A DNA stretch of 64,000 bases from Vermamoeba vermiformis (taxonomy: Eukaryota). The stretch's first letter is position 1; the number at the start of each line of letters is the position of its first letter. The DNA lies in the NCBI GenBank assembly GCA_045837725.1, contig JBEWZL010000166.1, positions 124,001-188,000 on the forward strand, written 5' to 3'. The position numbers and the translations under genes are program-made. The notes under the pieces are model-generated. The model was not told where the DNA came from, did not search any database, and saw only the letters and a list, made by a program, of their open reading frames with translations. Of this stretch, positions 39,354 through 52,316 are shown in pieces.

Positions 39354-40979
39354 TTATAGTGACCAATCAGGTTCGTCTGCGCGGAACTCCACGTGACATT
39401 TCAAGTCGTGTGGTAGTGGCACTGGTTTGCCGAAGACATTCAGTACCGATAGTTGTGTCAGACGCCGTAAATTTTCGATTTCCTCTTCGTAAAAGTTCCC
39501 TCGTGAATGAAGTCCAGGAATTGTTAGCACGTGGAGATTAGAATTGTCCGTCAGACTTGAAAAGATTTTGCCTGCAAACTGTTCGTTAGCTAAGGATAGT
39601 TGAATGACGTGGTCCTGACCTGCTTGATCCATTTCCGTTCGATGGATGCAAAGTTCTCGCAAGTTGCTGAGTTGTGAATAAACAGCGGTGAGTTCGTACA
39701 ATGGTTCAGGAAGCGTTACGAGTGCTAGTCTCGTTAATTGCGTTGCTTTAGCTAAGAGGCGAGCGTGCTGAGCGGTCAAGTTCATGCCGCATACAGCCAA
39801 GTCCTTTAACGACGGCAGACTGGCCTCTCGCAGCAAATCAACGTCATGGTGGAACACAGCTCTCGTGAGCCTAGTGCAGTCTTTCAAGTCCACACGATGG
39901 GACAGTTCGACTTGCTCAAGTGTGCTCTTGGACGACAACCTCCCGACGTACCGGTGCTTGAGACTGAGTCGCGTCAGTCGAGTGAACGGCAGAATGTCTT
40001 CTTCCCGGAGATCGTTCGCCCATTCACGAATGGTTAGGGCCACCAAATTGGGCAGCTCCGCTAACGTACGCAAAAATGTCGGCGACGGGTTTTTGACATC
40101 TAACAATCTAATCGACGTTAAATGCTTCATTTTTAGCACATTCAAAGCGTCGGGTTCCATAGCTCCGTGCATGCTCAGCTCGCGGAGATTGGTCAAGTGA
40201 CTAAATATAGGACTAGGAGAATAGTGATAGAAATATACCGCCAACGAAAATGACCGAAGTTGAGTGAGAGTTTCAAGACCAGAGACTACGCAAATGAATT
40301 AGTAATATGTTTTAAAGTATTGGTATTGCGTGTACTTGTTTTGCGGTGTTGCCCAAGATTAGCAGGGTTGATTATAGTCAACGAGGTCAAATTCGATAAT
40401 GACGGCAGTATTACTTCAGACAAGTTATTGTTCATTATAGATCCACCGAGGTCTAGCACGAGTGACTGCAAGCGCGTCAGTTCGGGTAACAAGTCGGGCA
40501 CAAGTTCACCAAAAGTTGCAACTGTTAAGTGTTTGAGACGTGTTTGATGCTCGAATAGTTCCTTGCATAATGGTCGTAATGTTTCAGCGGTTTCGACAGA
40601 AAGGCGTTCGGACACAAAGGTTCTCCAGTGGCAGATTCTTGCAAAGAGAAACGAAATTTTGAAACGCCGTAAGCTTAGCAAAGGGCATGTCTATAGATAT
40701 AATCAATTTGCTATGCCATACTGTATTTCGCATAAGTTTTGAGGTCCTTGCAAGGCTGTAAACAAAAATTCTTTTAAAATTCAGTAAATATTTAAAATAT
40801 TGTAGTTTACCTTCGTACCTACCACAATCACGACATTTTAGTCGTGCAAATATTAGTAATTTAATATCTGTTGGAAGTGCATTAATTGGGTCAGGAGTTG
40901 GATCAAGATCCAATCGAGCTTTTTTGGAGTTTAGTTGGTTATTTTCGAGTTCTGCCTCCTCCGCGTTTCGTTTGGCCAT
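39354..40979 (-). CDS. F-box / leucine-rich-repeat protein
   Basis: INALPTDIKLLIFARL...LARTSK F-box followed by many LxxLxxLxL repeats. Confidence 0.85.
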
Positions 40980-41398
40980 TGTGCTATTGATAATCATCCA
41001 AAACATGACTGTTGCACAAAACAAAAAAAAATCAACCTGAATGAAAATGAAATCCGACAACAACCCAAGCACAAGTACAGTGATATTGCGACAATACCAT
41101 GATTGAATAGTCGAGGAGCTATTGAAAGCATCTGAGATCGCTTTTAAAGGGTAACAAAAATTGTAAGTTTCATTTGTTGTAAACAAATATTCAGCGTTTA
41201 CTATTATAAATCATTGAATTTCCTTGAAAAGGCCACTATTACAAGCCCTTATTGTTTTTAAGCATTAATTATCGGGAAAATGCGCAGAACGATATTTCTC
41301 AAACAAACCACAGGGCTATTTTAGTTGCAAAAATTATTTCTAATTTTTCGTATCATTATAGTAATAACCACAAGTGCGGCACTACCAAATTTTTCAAG

Positions 41399-42493
41399 AT
41401 GGAAGATCTAGTTTTCTCAACGCGAGATGCCAACGAGTATTATTACGCTCGTTCCAATTGCAAAGAAGCTGAAGAACTCAGGCAGCATATACAAGGATTG
41501 TACGGCTTGACATCCACCGATGTGGTTGACTTAGCGCCATCTGGAATGGGTGCAATATCAGCAGTTTTCCACATATTATCTCAACGGGCAATTACAAGAG
41601 CCAAAGATCCTTCGCGTGGTCTCTCTATTATCTACGACCAGGAGCTGTATTGCGATACTCCAGCGCTATTTTCTCTGATCCAAAGCCTCCACGAGCCCCA
41701 CATCCAGCTCGTAAAGACAGATTGCACCAACATTGCAGCCATGCGCAAAGAAATTCAGATGCAGCGTGACGCCCATCAAGGGAATACGATCGTCGTATTT
41801 GCGGAGTCTTGCTCCAATCCAACAGGCAGAATATTTTCCTTCGAACACGTGGATCGGCTAAAGAAGGACTTTGACGGCTCGCAGCTGTACTTTGTGATCG
41901 ATAATACTTGGACCACGGCACTGGGCATCAATCCGTTTGATTACAATGTCGATGTAGTCGTTGAGAGCTGCACCAAGTACCTCAGTGCAGGCCGGGCTAT
42001 TGGCGGTGTCGTGTTGAGTCCGTTGTCTGACTTGATGGATGACATTCGCAAGTGGCGCCGCGTCAATGGCATTCACGTCAGCATCGCCAACACGACCGAG
42101 ATTCTGACTGGAATTCAAGACTTGCGCTCTCGAATGCCTGCCGCAAGCAACAACTGCATGGAACTGATGCGAGCCTTGGCTGCCAAAGGTGTTGAACTGA
42201 CGCATCCGTGCGTGGGCGAGCATCCGTCGCGGGCAAGGAACAAGAAACATGGCCTGCTTCAGTTTGCACCGCCAATATTCGTAGCCAAGGTCCGCGCTAT
42301 TTCAAAAACTCAACTTAAAAAGAAAGTATTGGCGATGAAGCATGTAGAATGGAAAACGTCGTATGGATCTGCCATGTTTCGAATAGATTCTTATCCTGCA
42401 GTTCACGATGGCTTCACTCTGATTCGCATCGCAGCTGGTTATGGCGACATCGATATTGCAAAAGTCGCGGAGGAGCTGCAGGTGCTGCTTTGA
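41399..42493 (+). CDS. Cys/Met metabolism PLP-dependent enzyme (cystathionine gamma-lyase/synthase fold), intronless
   Basis: YYYARSN, SGMGAI, ESCSNP, VIDNTW, ESCTKYLSAG (PLP Lys) and LIRIAAG. Confidence 0.88.
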   Translation: MEDLVFSTRDANEYYYARSNCKEAEELRQHIQGLYGLTSTDVVDLAPSGMGAISAVFHILSQRAITRAKDPSRGLSIIYDQELYCDTPALFSLIQSLHEPHIQLVKTDCTNIAAMRKEIQMQRDAHQGNTIVVFAESCSNPTGRIFSFEHVDRLKKDFDGSQLYFVIDNTWTTALGINPFDYNVDVVVESCTKYLSAGRAIGGVVLSPLSDLMDDIRKWRRVNGIHVSIANTTEILTGIQDLRSRMPAASNNCMELMRALAAKGVELTHPCVGEHPSRARNKKHGLLQFAPPIFVAKVRAISKTQLKKKVLAMKHVEWKTSYGSAMFRIDSYPAVHDGFTLIRIAAGYGDIDIAKVAEELQVLL

Positions 42494-42898
42494 ACTGACT
42501 AGCCAAGACGCAGAAATTTAATCGCTGCAGTCCTCGCAATTTGATTGCTTTGCTTTGGCCATTCGAGAGTGACATCAGCGCCGACAATAGAATATGTTGA
42601 TCTTTTTAAAGCTAGGACTTGAATGACAACAGATCAGATCTGATCGTTATCTCGTTACAGCGCAAGACGGTCACATTACAACGGCACTAAGTTTGAATAA
42701 TTAAATAAATGGATTGCCGCGGCGAAAGAAATCTCCCATCACTCTAAGATCCGGAAAAATGGAAATTCGGCGCCAAGATCAATTTCTCCTTTTCTCCTTG
42801 TCGACAATATTTAAAGACAACAAACACGTACTTGAATTTCAACATAAGAACAAGCAAAGAACAACATATAAATATCATCAACCAAGCGATTATTAGCA

Positions 42899-43792
42899 AT
42901 GTCAGCTCCGAAAGTCTACTTCATTACTGGATGCTCAACCGGATTGGGTCGGTCATTCGCGGAATACTTCCTCAAAGCCAATCAGAAAGTGGTAGTTACT
43001 GCTCGAAACGTATCCAAAGTCTCCAACTTCGAAAAGGACTTCCCGAACACTGCCTTGGCTTTGGCTCTCGATGTCACCAACGAGAATTCAGTGAACGACG
43101 CTGTTGAACAAGCTCTCAAAAAGTTTGGACGCATTGACGTGCTGATTAACAATGCCGGCTACGGTCAGTTTGGACCCTTGGAAGAGATTTCGAAAGAGAA
43201 GATTCACGAGCAAATGGACACAAACTTCTTCGGTGTCATCAATGTCACTCAACGAGTGCTGCCAATCATGCGTCAACAGAAGAGTGGTCACATCATTCAA
43301 ATCAGCTCCGTCGGCGGTCAAATAGCTTATCCTGGCTTTGGACTGTACCACGCAAGCAAGTGGGCTATTGAAGGACTCTCTGAAGCTCTGGCCAAAGAAG
43401 TCGCTGCCTTCAATGTGCACGTCACAATTGTTGAACCTGGCTCGTTCAAGTCAGCATTTGTAGACCGTTCATTTGATGAAACGGAGATCTCGTTCAAGAA
43501 TCCAGAATACGAAGCGAGCGCTGGTGCTTTGGTCAAGATTGGTCAAGCTATTAGAGGTCATGAACCCGGCAACCCTTGGAAGGCCGCAGCAGCCATCCAC
43601 AAAGTCGTCGAGTCTGAGAAGCCTCCTCTTCGTCTTCCTCTTGGCGAGGACGCGGTCATTGCCATCATCAAGAAGAAGAAAGATCAGATGGCTGAGCTCG
43701 AGGAGTGGCGTCAAGTGAGCTTGTCAACTGATTTTGACACTTTGACCGATGTCGGAAAGGCTATCAAAGCTCAACTTGCAGCTCAAATGTAA
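42899..43792 (+). CDS. Short-chain dehydrogenase/reductase, tandem copy 1, intronless
   Basis: ITGCSTGLG, NNAG and YHASK motifs. Confidence 0.95.
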   Translation: MSAPKVYFITGCSTGLGRSFAEYFLKANQKVVVTARNVSKVSNFEKDFPNTALALALDVTNENSVNDAVEQALKKFGRIDVLINNAGYGQFGPLEEISKEKIHEQMDTNFFGVINVTQRVLPIMRQQKSGHIIQISSVGGQIAYPGFGLYHASKWAIEGLSEALAKEVAAFNVHVTIVEPGSFKSAFVDRSFDETEISFKNPEYEASAGALVKIGQAIRGHEPGNPWKAAAAIHKVVESEKPPLRLPLGEDAVIAIIKKKKDQMAELEEWRQVSLSTDFDTLTDVGKAIKAQLAAQM

Positions 43793-44226
43793 ATACCCGA
43801 ATAAAGTGCAGTTCAATTTATGCAAGTGTTTCTGTTTTGCGTTAATAGGAAGTAGTCGGATTCGTAAAACTCCAGCGGTCTCTGCTCCGTGTAAACTACA
43901 TGCAATCTCATTTACGAATCTTTGCTTGATCAAACAAAGAGTAGTATAATGCGCAAGCCTTAAGTGTATGAGTGCCTGTCAAATGGCCGCCGTAACTTTT
44001 AGATCCCTGCACGGGGAGTAAAGCATGCTTGTCTCGAACTTGCATTAAAGTTCCAATTCGGAATGATTGCTTCAAAGCGCCGCCTTTGATGAAATCTAAC
44101 TCTAAATTTTCCGATCGGCAAAAAGGCATTTTTGAGTATTTCTCCATTTCTCCGGATCCAAAAAGATTTAATGTCACAATACAATTATTATTTTAAAAAT
44201 CCATTGTAAGCATTACAACGCATACT

Positions 44227-45117
44227 ATGTCAAGCCAAAAAGTCTACTTCATCACCGGATGCTCAACGGGATTGGGTCGTGCATTCGCGGAATACTTCCT
44301 CAAAGCCAACCAGAAAGTGGTAGTTACCGCTCGAAATATATCAACAATCGCTAATTTCGAACGGGATTATCCAACCACGGCATTGACTTTGGATCTGGAC
44401 GTAACGAACGAAATTTCAACGGAGAGAGCTGTCAAAAAAGCTATTGAAAGATTTGGACGCATTGACGTGCTAATTAACAATGCAGGGTACAGTCAAATTG
44501 GACCCTTAGAAGAGATTTCGAAAGAGAAGATTCACGAGCAAATGGACACAAACTTCTTTGGTGTCATCAATGTCACTCAACGAGTGCTGCCAATCATGCG
44601 TCAACAGAAGAGTGGTCACATCATTCAAATCAGCTCTGTCGGCGGTCAAGTAGCACACCCTGGTTCATCTATCTATCATGCCAGTAAGTGGGCTGTTGAA
44701 GGACTCTCTGAAGCTCTGGCCAAAGAAGTCGCTGCCTTCAATGTGCATGTCACAATCGTTGAACCTGGCTCGTTCAAGTCTGCCTTTGCAGACCGTAAAT
44801 TTGAAGAAGTGATCTCGTTTAAGAACCCCGAGTACGAAGCTAGTATTAGACAGATCTTCAAGATTGGTCAAAGCATTAGAGGTCACGAGTTTGGTGACCC
44901 TTCTAAAGCAGCAGCAGCCATCCACAAAGTCGTCGAGTCTGAGAAGCCTCCTCTTCGTCTTCCTCTCGGCGAGGACGCTGTCATTGCCATCATCAAGAAG
45001 AAGAAGGATCAGATGGCAGAGCTCGAGGAGTGGCGTCAAGTGAGCTTGTCAACTGATTTTGACACTTTGACTGATGTCGGTAAGGCTATCAAAGCTCAAC
45101 TTGCCGCTCAATTGTAA
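44227..45117 (+). CDS. Short-chain dehydrogenase/reductase, tandem copy 2, intronless
   Basis: Same motifs as copy 1; C-terminal part nearly identical to it. Confidence 0.95.
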   Translation: MSSQKVYFITGCSTGLGRAFAEYFLKANQKVVVTARNISTIANFERDYPTTALTLDLDVTNEISTERAVKKAIERFGRIDVLINNAGYSQIGPLEEISKEKIHEQMDTNFFGVINVTQRVLPIMRQQKSGHIIQISSVGGQVAHPGSSIYHASKWAVEGLSEALAKEVAAFNVHVTIVEPGSFKSAFADRKFEEVISFKNPEYEASIRQIFKIGQSIRGHEFGDPSKAAAAIHKVVESEKPPLRLPLGEDAVIAIIKKKKDQMAELEEWRQVSLSTDFDTLTDVGKAIKAQLAAQL

Positions 45118-45189
45118 ATATCCGAATAAAGTGCAATTCAAGCATCATTTATCGCAAGGGTTTAGGTCCAGTGCATTAGTCGGAAGAGC

Positions 45190-45720
45190 TTATATATAAT
45201 AGTAGGTCGTCGCTGCCAAATTAATCTGAGACGGAGAGATACCTAAACATTGAGCAACCTTAAGTCTTCGTTTTGTGGAGAGCACTTCAGTTTCTTCATC
45301 ATCCGTTACATAGCCAGAGTCATACTCTTTAATCAAGGCCAAGCTTTTTTGAGCATTCCAGGTATTAATTTCATTAGTGCCCGGTATTCTATCGTTAGCA
45401 GCGACAATTAACATTGCGATTGTCGGATACTGCAAATCACCAGGCATCACTTTCTCTTTTCCGTTTGCATCCATAATTGGGACTTTTTCGAGCACCTCGT
45501 TTTTGCCCTTCAAGCTATTGCTCATTTTGGCCAACCTTGAATTTAAAGATTGTTAGAATTAATTAACAATTTAAAAAATCCATACCTACATTATTTTTTG
45601 CTGGAGTTCAATACGTAGCTTATCGTTAATGGGCTTCAATTGTTCATTTAATATTGTTCTTATTTGTTCGTTAAATAAGTTCTTTATTTGCTCCAAGGTT
45701 ACAGGGTGTTGCTCTGCCAT
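45190..45720 (-). CDS. Small hypothetical protein (coiled coil plus possible Mug135-like C-terminal domain)
   Basis: Two exons: MAEQHPVTLEQIKNLF... and ...LEKVP...YPT...LIKEY...RRLKVAQCLGI. The domain assignment is a pattern resemblance only. Confidence 0.55.
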
Positions 45721-45886
45721 TGTTTTCTCTTATTCAAAACAAAACGGAATGAAAAAAACAAAGCCTTGTTAAATTTCACGTTTTTTCCGTTATTGCCCAA
45801 AGTTCGGTTTCACGTTTTTTTTTTTTTTTTTTTTTTTTAAAAAATAAAGGGAGTCAGTAGTATCTGATTAATATAATACACGTGTT

Positions 45887-48800
45887 TTATTTCCTGCCCA
45901 ACAAGAGCTCTTCAGGCGGGGTGAAGTGAGGCTCGTAAATGTCAATGCGTTTGCGTGTGATGCTCGGTCCGCCGCTGTAAATCGAGATGAAATAGTCCCA
46001 CACCTCTTTCGTCACACCTCTGTAGTCAACTCCGCGCTTCAGGCCTGGCTTGGGTGTGCCATCAGCTTTCAGCAGAATTGAATTGTCAATCGGTCCTGGC
46101 GGCTCTTGTCGTGTTCCTGCGCGGTTGTCGTTAATTAATGCTACGCGTATTATAAAAAATAATTAGAACATACGCCTCAGCACGAATGCGCGCCAGTCGT
46201 CCAGCCACGGTTTGTTGATCAAGTACCAGGCCTCATTCTCGCCAATCTCTTGTCGGTCCAGCAATGTGATTTGTGCTTTTTCTGTGTCACATCGCTTTTG
46301 AATGGTTTGTGCGTCCTATTGGGCATATTAATATCGTTATTATCATTAGCGGGGTTATACGTACTTGACATATATTACAAATAGGCGAATCAATTTTGAT
46401 CTCCAAGTACGACCAATCAATGTTGTCGAGTGTCAATGTCGTGCTGTCCTCGTGGTGCGTGCTCGTGCCGTTCATCTCGTGAGTGTTGTTGTTGGAGTGC
46501 AGGTGCACGTCCTTGTCTTTCTTGTTGTTGATGTGACTCGTACTCTTGCCTGGCGAGCGCGACAGTTTGACTGATTTGCGCGGACTGACAGATCCGCTCG
46601 AGGACTTCAAATCTTTCTTTTTACCGCCACTAGTGCCGTTGATATTAATAGCGCCGCTCGATTGAGTGCCGTCACTGTGTGCTGCAGTGCCATTCATCTC
46701 ACTGCTAGTACTCGTTGGTTTCTTCTTGCTGATCTTTTGTCGGTACTCGCGCCACTGTTGGCTGATCACGCGTGGGTGATACATCGCTGCAAACTGTTTC
46801 AACACTGCACGAGGCACGGCCACGAGTCTCGGCGACAGTCCACTTGAGGCCACGTGACGTGCTAATAGCCCGTGTTTGCAACGAATAGACCGCGCTGAGA
46901 GTGGGCCTGGATTGGTCATAGCTTTCCCACCGCTCGAGCCACACGCGCGGGATCCACGCCAAGTTGTTTGGGTTCTGAATGAGACACGTGTCAATTTCAA
47001 CTGAGAAGAATTCCCATTGAAAACTTACCTTCTCGCGCAGTGCCTGGTCGATGAGTCTGTGCTGTTCAATCTGTTTGGCCGTTGGTTTCTTGACGTAGAA
47101 GAGCAGATAGGCCTCGCGACCTGCCACGTCATCAGCGGACACGTCACTCACGTACTTGTCGTCGAACTCTTGCCACTTGTTTGCCGCACGATTGAAGCAG
47201 TAGGACACGTAGTGACCGCCACTGTACCCTCCGCGGTGATTGACGACAGAGACGAGTTCGTAGTTAGTGGTGAATGGAAAGTCAGTCGGCAAGTCATTCT
47301 TTTTCTTGTCGTCGTCATCGAGCTGGACGCAGAACGGTGAAATGTCCAAGTTGTCAAGTGGAAACACGACTGTGTCGCTGATCTTAGTGCCAAACAGTGT
47401 ATCGTGCTTGAATCTCTTCAAATGAATGCATAGGACCTATGAGTAATGTTTAGTAACGGATTGCTAAGAAAATAAAATAGATTAGGATTAATGTACCTCA
47501 GGAGGCTTGAATATCGATAGAGTCTTCTTAGCATCAACAGTCTTCTTGCAATTATCGCATTTGTATTTGTTGTTACCAGTCAAGTCGTCTGTCACGCAGT
47601 AGCCGTGAAGACAATCGACCAGATCCACTTTACGATTTGTAAGGCTGCGAAGTGTTAGTATATCTGGGACTATAGTATTGATACATGAACATACCCGACG
47701 TAGTTGACTAATGATCCAAACCAGCCTTCTTTCCTCGGTGTTTCAGTTTTTTCTTCGCAGAAGATCTGCTTTCTTTTTGAGACTTTTTCAGAGGTCTTAG
47801 AGTCTCGTGGAATACTGACAGACAGCTCGAAAAATACTTCCCTAGTGTCTGATACCTATACGGGTGGATGGTGAGTCCCATAGTTAATCGCGTACTGGAT
47901 TATTTTGCGCAGAATTTCTTCGGAGAAAATTTGGCTGATAAAATTGAGACTTACATTGCCGCAATTACAGCACTGTACTCGACTCAATAGGGTGCCTTCA
48001 AATATGTCTGAGATGATAGACTTGTAAGATTTCTTCCGTTCTTTTGGTATTTCTTTCTTGGTGTCAATTTCCATCGGAGTTTGTTTTGTACTGGATCTGC
48101 TCGAAGAAGTTGAAGTTGAAGCAGTGCTACTAGAGGACATTGAGCCAGGAGTACGAGGACTAGTGCTATGATTATCTCGCGAGAATTGGGTTCTTCTCGA
48201 AGGAGATCCCGAGGCCTTTGATGGCGACAAGGATCCGGGCGAAGTTGCCAACGTACTGTTCGATTTTTTCTTCCTAGCAATAGGTATGCTAGGCGAAGTT
48301 CCATTATTAAGACTGTTAGTATTATTTGAGCTGTTCTGTTGCGGATCTGGTTCAGTTTTTTCCTCGACTGGATCTATGTCCTCAGCCTCGTCATCAACAA
48401 ACGACTCTTCTTTTAGATATTCATGAAGCACGTTCAAGAATGTCGTCAAGCATTCTTGCGAGTCTTGTTGCGCGTAACCTCTGAACATCGGATTGACTTC
48501 CGCTAGATCTCGGAACAAATTTACAGGACTGACTGAGGAGCTAAACAACAATACCAATAATTAATACATATTCACTATATCAATAACAAAGTGGTTCGGG
48601 ACGTACTAGGTGCCGCTCCAAAGTGCATCCAAGAGGTTGCACCAGTTGTGGACCATGCTCTTGCGTGTTTGCAGTTCAATAACTGGTCGCAGTCGCGTCA
48701 TGAGCTGTGTGAAGGGCGGTGTGTGCGATAGTGCTTGCACCGCTGCATTCATGAAACACGTGTTGCCCAGATTGCTCAAGCCACACGCACCTTAAAATAG

Positions 48801-49701
48801 TCAAAAATTGATCGGTGAGCATATTATTTCGAGTTGTATTGTTATATTAATGTACCTGGTGTATATTTGGTCGTGCCTATTTCAAAATCACCTTCTTTTT
48901 CGGGCTGTTGAAAAGAATTAAAAAAATTATTACACATGGATTTAAATAGGACAATAGTCGGATATTAATACTCTATTTTTAACAGAAAGAATTTTAGAAA
49001 ATTAATTTAATTAAAATATTTGGTGCTGACGTCTAATCAACGAAGTAGATCTGATCGGGATAAATAAATAAAAGACCAGGTGATTACTTACAAGAGGAGG
49101 CACTAGTAGCTCTAATATTCGTTCCATAGACTTGCGTACTTTTTGATTTTGTTCTAATTCTAGTCGATATTCGTCATCGCAACTGTAACACCATATTTGA
49201 CGCGAAGCTAAATTAATGCAAATGCCGTGCTGTAATAATATAATATTAATATGGTATTTATTTTAATATTAATGGTCATATTACGGTATTATTTATTTAT
49301 TTAGTGAATATTTTTTTACCTTTTTCTCGGTGTCATTAAAGTGCTGCAGACAATGTTTGTTTTGTGATCGGCCACAGCCAATAAAATTACAATTAGCCTA
49401 TTTAAAATAATATGGGCGATTAATTATTTTATTGAGGGCTGAACCGAATATAATTTATTTACCTTAAAGCAAGACCATACTAAGGGAACTGACAAATTGC
49501 ATAATTCGCATTGGATTATCTTATTTCGATTTTTCAATAGGTCCTAATATTTATCAAATTAATATGGGAATTAATTATCGAAAATTTGAAAATTCAGTTG
49601 CGATCAGATGCACTTACAGCTACTTCTTTATACTTTTGATATATTTTATCTTCAGCACCTGGCTGATTTAGCTCCAGTGCCACGTGATGACATGGTATCA
49701 T
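45887..49701 (-). CDS. Ubiquitin-specific protease, USP20/USP33-like (zf-UBP, UCH, DUSP domains)
   Basis: zf-UBP exons (CGRSQNKHCLQHF, IWCYSCDDE), GLSNLGNTCFMNAAVQ, QQDSQE, HLKRF, GGHYVSY, AYLLFY and two DUSP-like PGP motifs. Confidence 0.92.
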
Positions 49702-50185
49702 GGTCTTGCATTGAAAAATAAATAAATAATAAGGAAGAAGTTTATTTCGCTTGAATACTTTTCGAGAACACCACACGTGGTGATAAATATTGTTCTGACG
49801 TAATATAATCGCGTCCCTATGCTACTATTGGTTCACGGAGTGCCGTTTCGCTGATCTTGGGAATCTGACAGTAAAAATTTACTGCCCTGTTAATGATATT
49901 GAAATGTGACGGTCACAATTGCTGTCTAGGTTAATTTGGAATTATACTCGTAAAGTTCTTATTTAAACCGTAATCAGAAACTTCGTAATAGAATTTCTAC
50001 GCGGTGATTTATTGTCCGCTTTTCTTAATTACTACCACAAGCTACTTAACACATGGCTGTATTGTTTGGTGTTATTTAGCGCAGTAGTAATCGCCAAGAA
50101 ATTAGCTTGAAACGAAAATATTTATTTTGTTGTCAAATTCTGGATCAAAGAGCAAATGACACATTGATATAGGGTATTTTTTGGT

Positions 50186-50186
50186 G

Positions 50187-50219
<33 letters not shown>

Positions 50220-50220
50220 C
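50186..50220. repeat. G-T17-A16-C self-complementary homopolymer run
   Basis: Read directly from the sequence; ends 16 nt upstream of the ATG at 50237. Confidence 0.8.
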
Positions 50221-50236
50221 GTAATATTCCTGTAAA

Positions 50237-52316
50237 ATGGCAGATTTAAATGAGGTGCATGAAATTAGAAAGCTTGAAGACTTGTTCTACAGCGGTATCA
50301 TTGGCAAAGAAGAGTTGGAGCGTAGAAAACAAGAGTATTTTGAGCAGAAGAAGTACGTATAGTAATTATAGTGTTGGTTATACTATTATTAATTATTAAT
50401 TATTATAATTAATTGAATATTAATAACAATTCTGTTGCAAAAAATAGGCGTCTTCAAGAATTAGCCTCAGATGGATTGGCTAATAAATATTTGGCAAATG
50501 CAGTCGGGTAATTATATTATTTAAACACGATATTTCCTTGGTTAATCATATTTCTCGTCGAACTAAACCACATCCCACTTCGTCTTGTCAAATTTGAGAC
50601 TAGTATTGATTGTAATAATAGATTTGATACACCTATCAAACGAAGAGCATATGAAATGCGTGCGGAGCGACAAGAGAAGTTCAATATGCACGAACTGTCG
50701 GATGTGATGAACGTCAATAATGAGATCTTAGAACAAGAAGCTGCTCAGCAAGCCAATTTCCTTGTAAATACTAAACCTGTATATAGCGACAATAGGATAT
50801 CATTTGGCGAGGCAGTGGTACGTATTTGACTCGAATTCTCAAACTCAATCTGATTTTAACTCAACTTTGTAGCAAATGAACGGCGTTAAAGGCTTGAATA
50901 ATGGTTATGGCGAGAACAATTGCTTCTTGGTAAGCCATTGTCATATTGACACGTAATTATTGGTACTAAGGCGCAATTTCTTTGATAGAACGTTGTGATC
51001 CAAAGTCTGTATCATTTAGAAGGGTTCAGAAACAGTTTTATTTGTTTTGATGAGCACACGCATATGAATCCATGCGTATTTTGTGCACTGAAGGTAATTT
51101 AGCTTAGTTTTATTATTTTTCAATCTGAATGAATTTTCAGCTCGATCTAACTAACTCTTGTTTTGTCTAGACTATATTCACTCAATACGAGTACAGCGAG
51201 TCTATAGTTATTCCGCCTAACGTACTGCGCGAGGCATTGAGTCAGTTGTACAAGCGAGAACAGAAATTTCAAATGGGCGAGTACGACGATGCTGCTGAGA
51301 CCATTGTAAGGCCTTAATAGGCATATGAATGGCTAGATAGTATAGCTATTAATGATTGGTGATATTAGGATGCCTTGTTGATGTGCATTCATGAAAGTGT
51401 AATCGGATCCAAGCGCGGCGAAGACAAGATCTGCAATCCTCGTTGTTTAGTGCACGAACTCATGTCAGTCTCGATATCAGCTTCGGTAAGACAAATATTG
51501 TTATATTAATAGCGCTATAACACCTTATCTAGGCCGATTGTTCGTGCAGCGAATCCAGCGAGCCAATGACTTTCTCAGAATTCATTCATTACGTCTCAGC
51601 TGATGCTGTTTGGTACGATAACAAGCAATATATAATATAAGTCACTAATATAATGCATTACTAGCGAGGCTAAGAAGTCATTCAGCACTTATTCATGGTC
51701 TGAATTGCTGCGTACTGTAACTGAAACAGATCTCAAGACTTGCGGCAATAAGGTGCGTTAAGACATGTACTAAAGTATACTTATATGTATTAATATGTTT
51801 ATATTGCAGAAATGCAAGAAGAGGAATGTAGTTCGGTATTCGATGTTAACGGATCCAGCCATTCTGACTGTTGGTGTTATTTGGTCCTCTGATCAATTAG
51901 AGAAGGCCTTTATTAATTCATTCATGACATCTATCGACTTGAATCTATTCTCTGACCAGTAAGAACATAATTGAAAATCGGATCCATTTTATTAATTTAT
52001 TTTCGAAGGTTATTTACGCGAGTAGAGAAGCCGAGGAAGTATAGATTGAAAGGACTGATTGCTTATTATGGCAAGCACTATGTAGCGTTCTTCAATATAC
52101 AAGACAAGTGGATCTGCTTTGATGACCGACAGATCTTGCAAGTAAGTCGTTACACGGGCTTGAACAATAACTCACCGCGTGTAAATATAACATATACGTA
52201 TATGATACTAATGCAATGCCTAATAGGTCGGAGATAACTGGGAGAGCGTTGTTAACAAGTGCACTGCGGGTCGTTATCAGCCACACATTCTGTGGTACGA
52301 AATGGCTGATTTTTGA
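50237..52316 (+). CDS. USP53/USP54-like ubiquitin hydrolase with N-terminal SHOCT-like motif
   Basis: GLNNGYGENNCFLNVVIQSLYHL, QMGEYDDAAE, YYGKHY, WICFDD and YQPHILWYE. Confidence 0.85.

Noticed and set aside
45815-45844. Poly-T run as a retroposon tail
   Set aside because: No TSD or element body; homopolymer runs are common in these intergenic regions.
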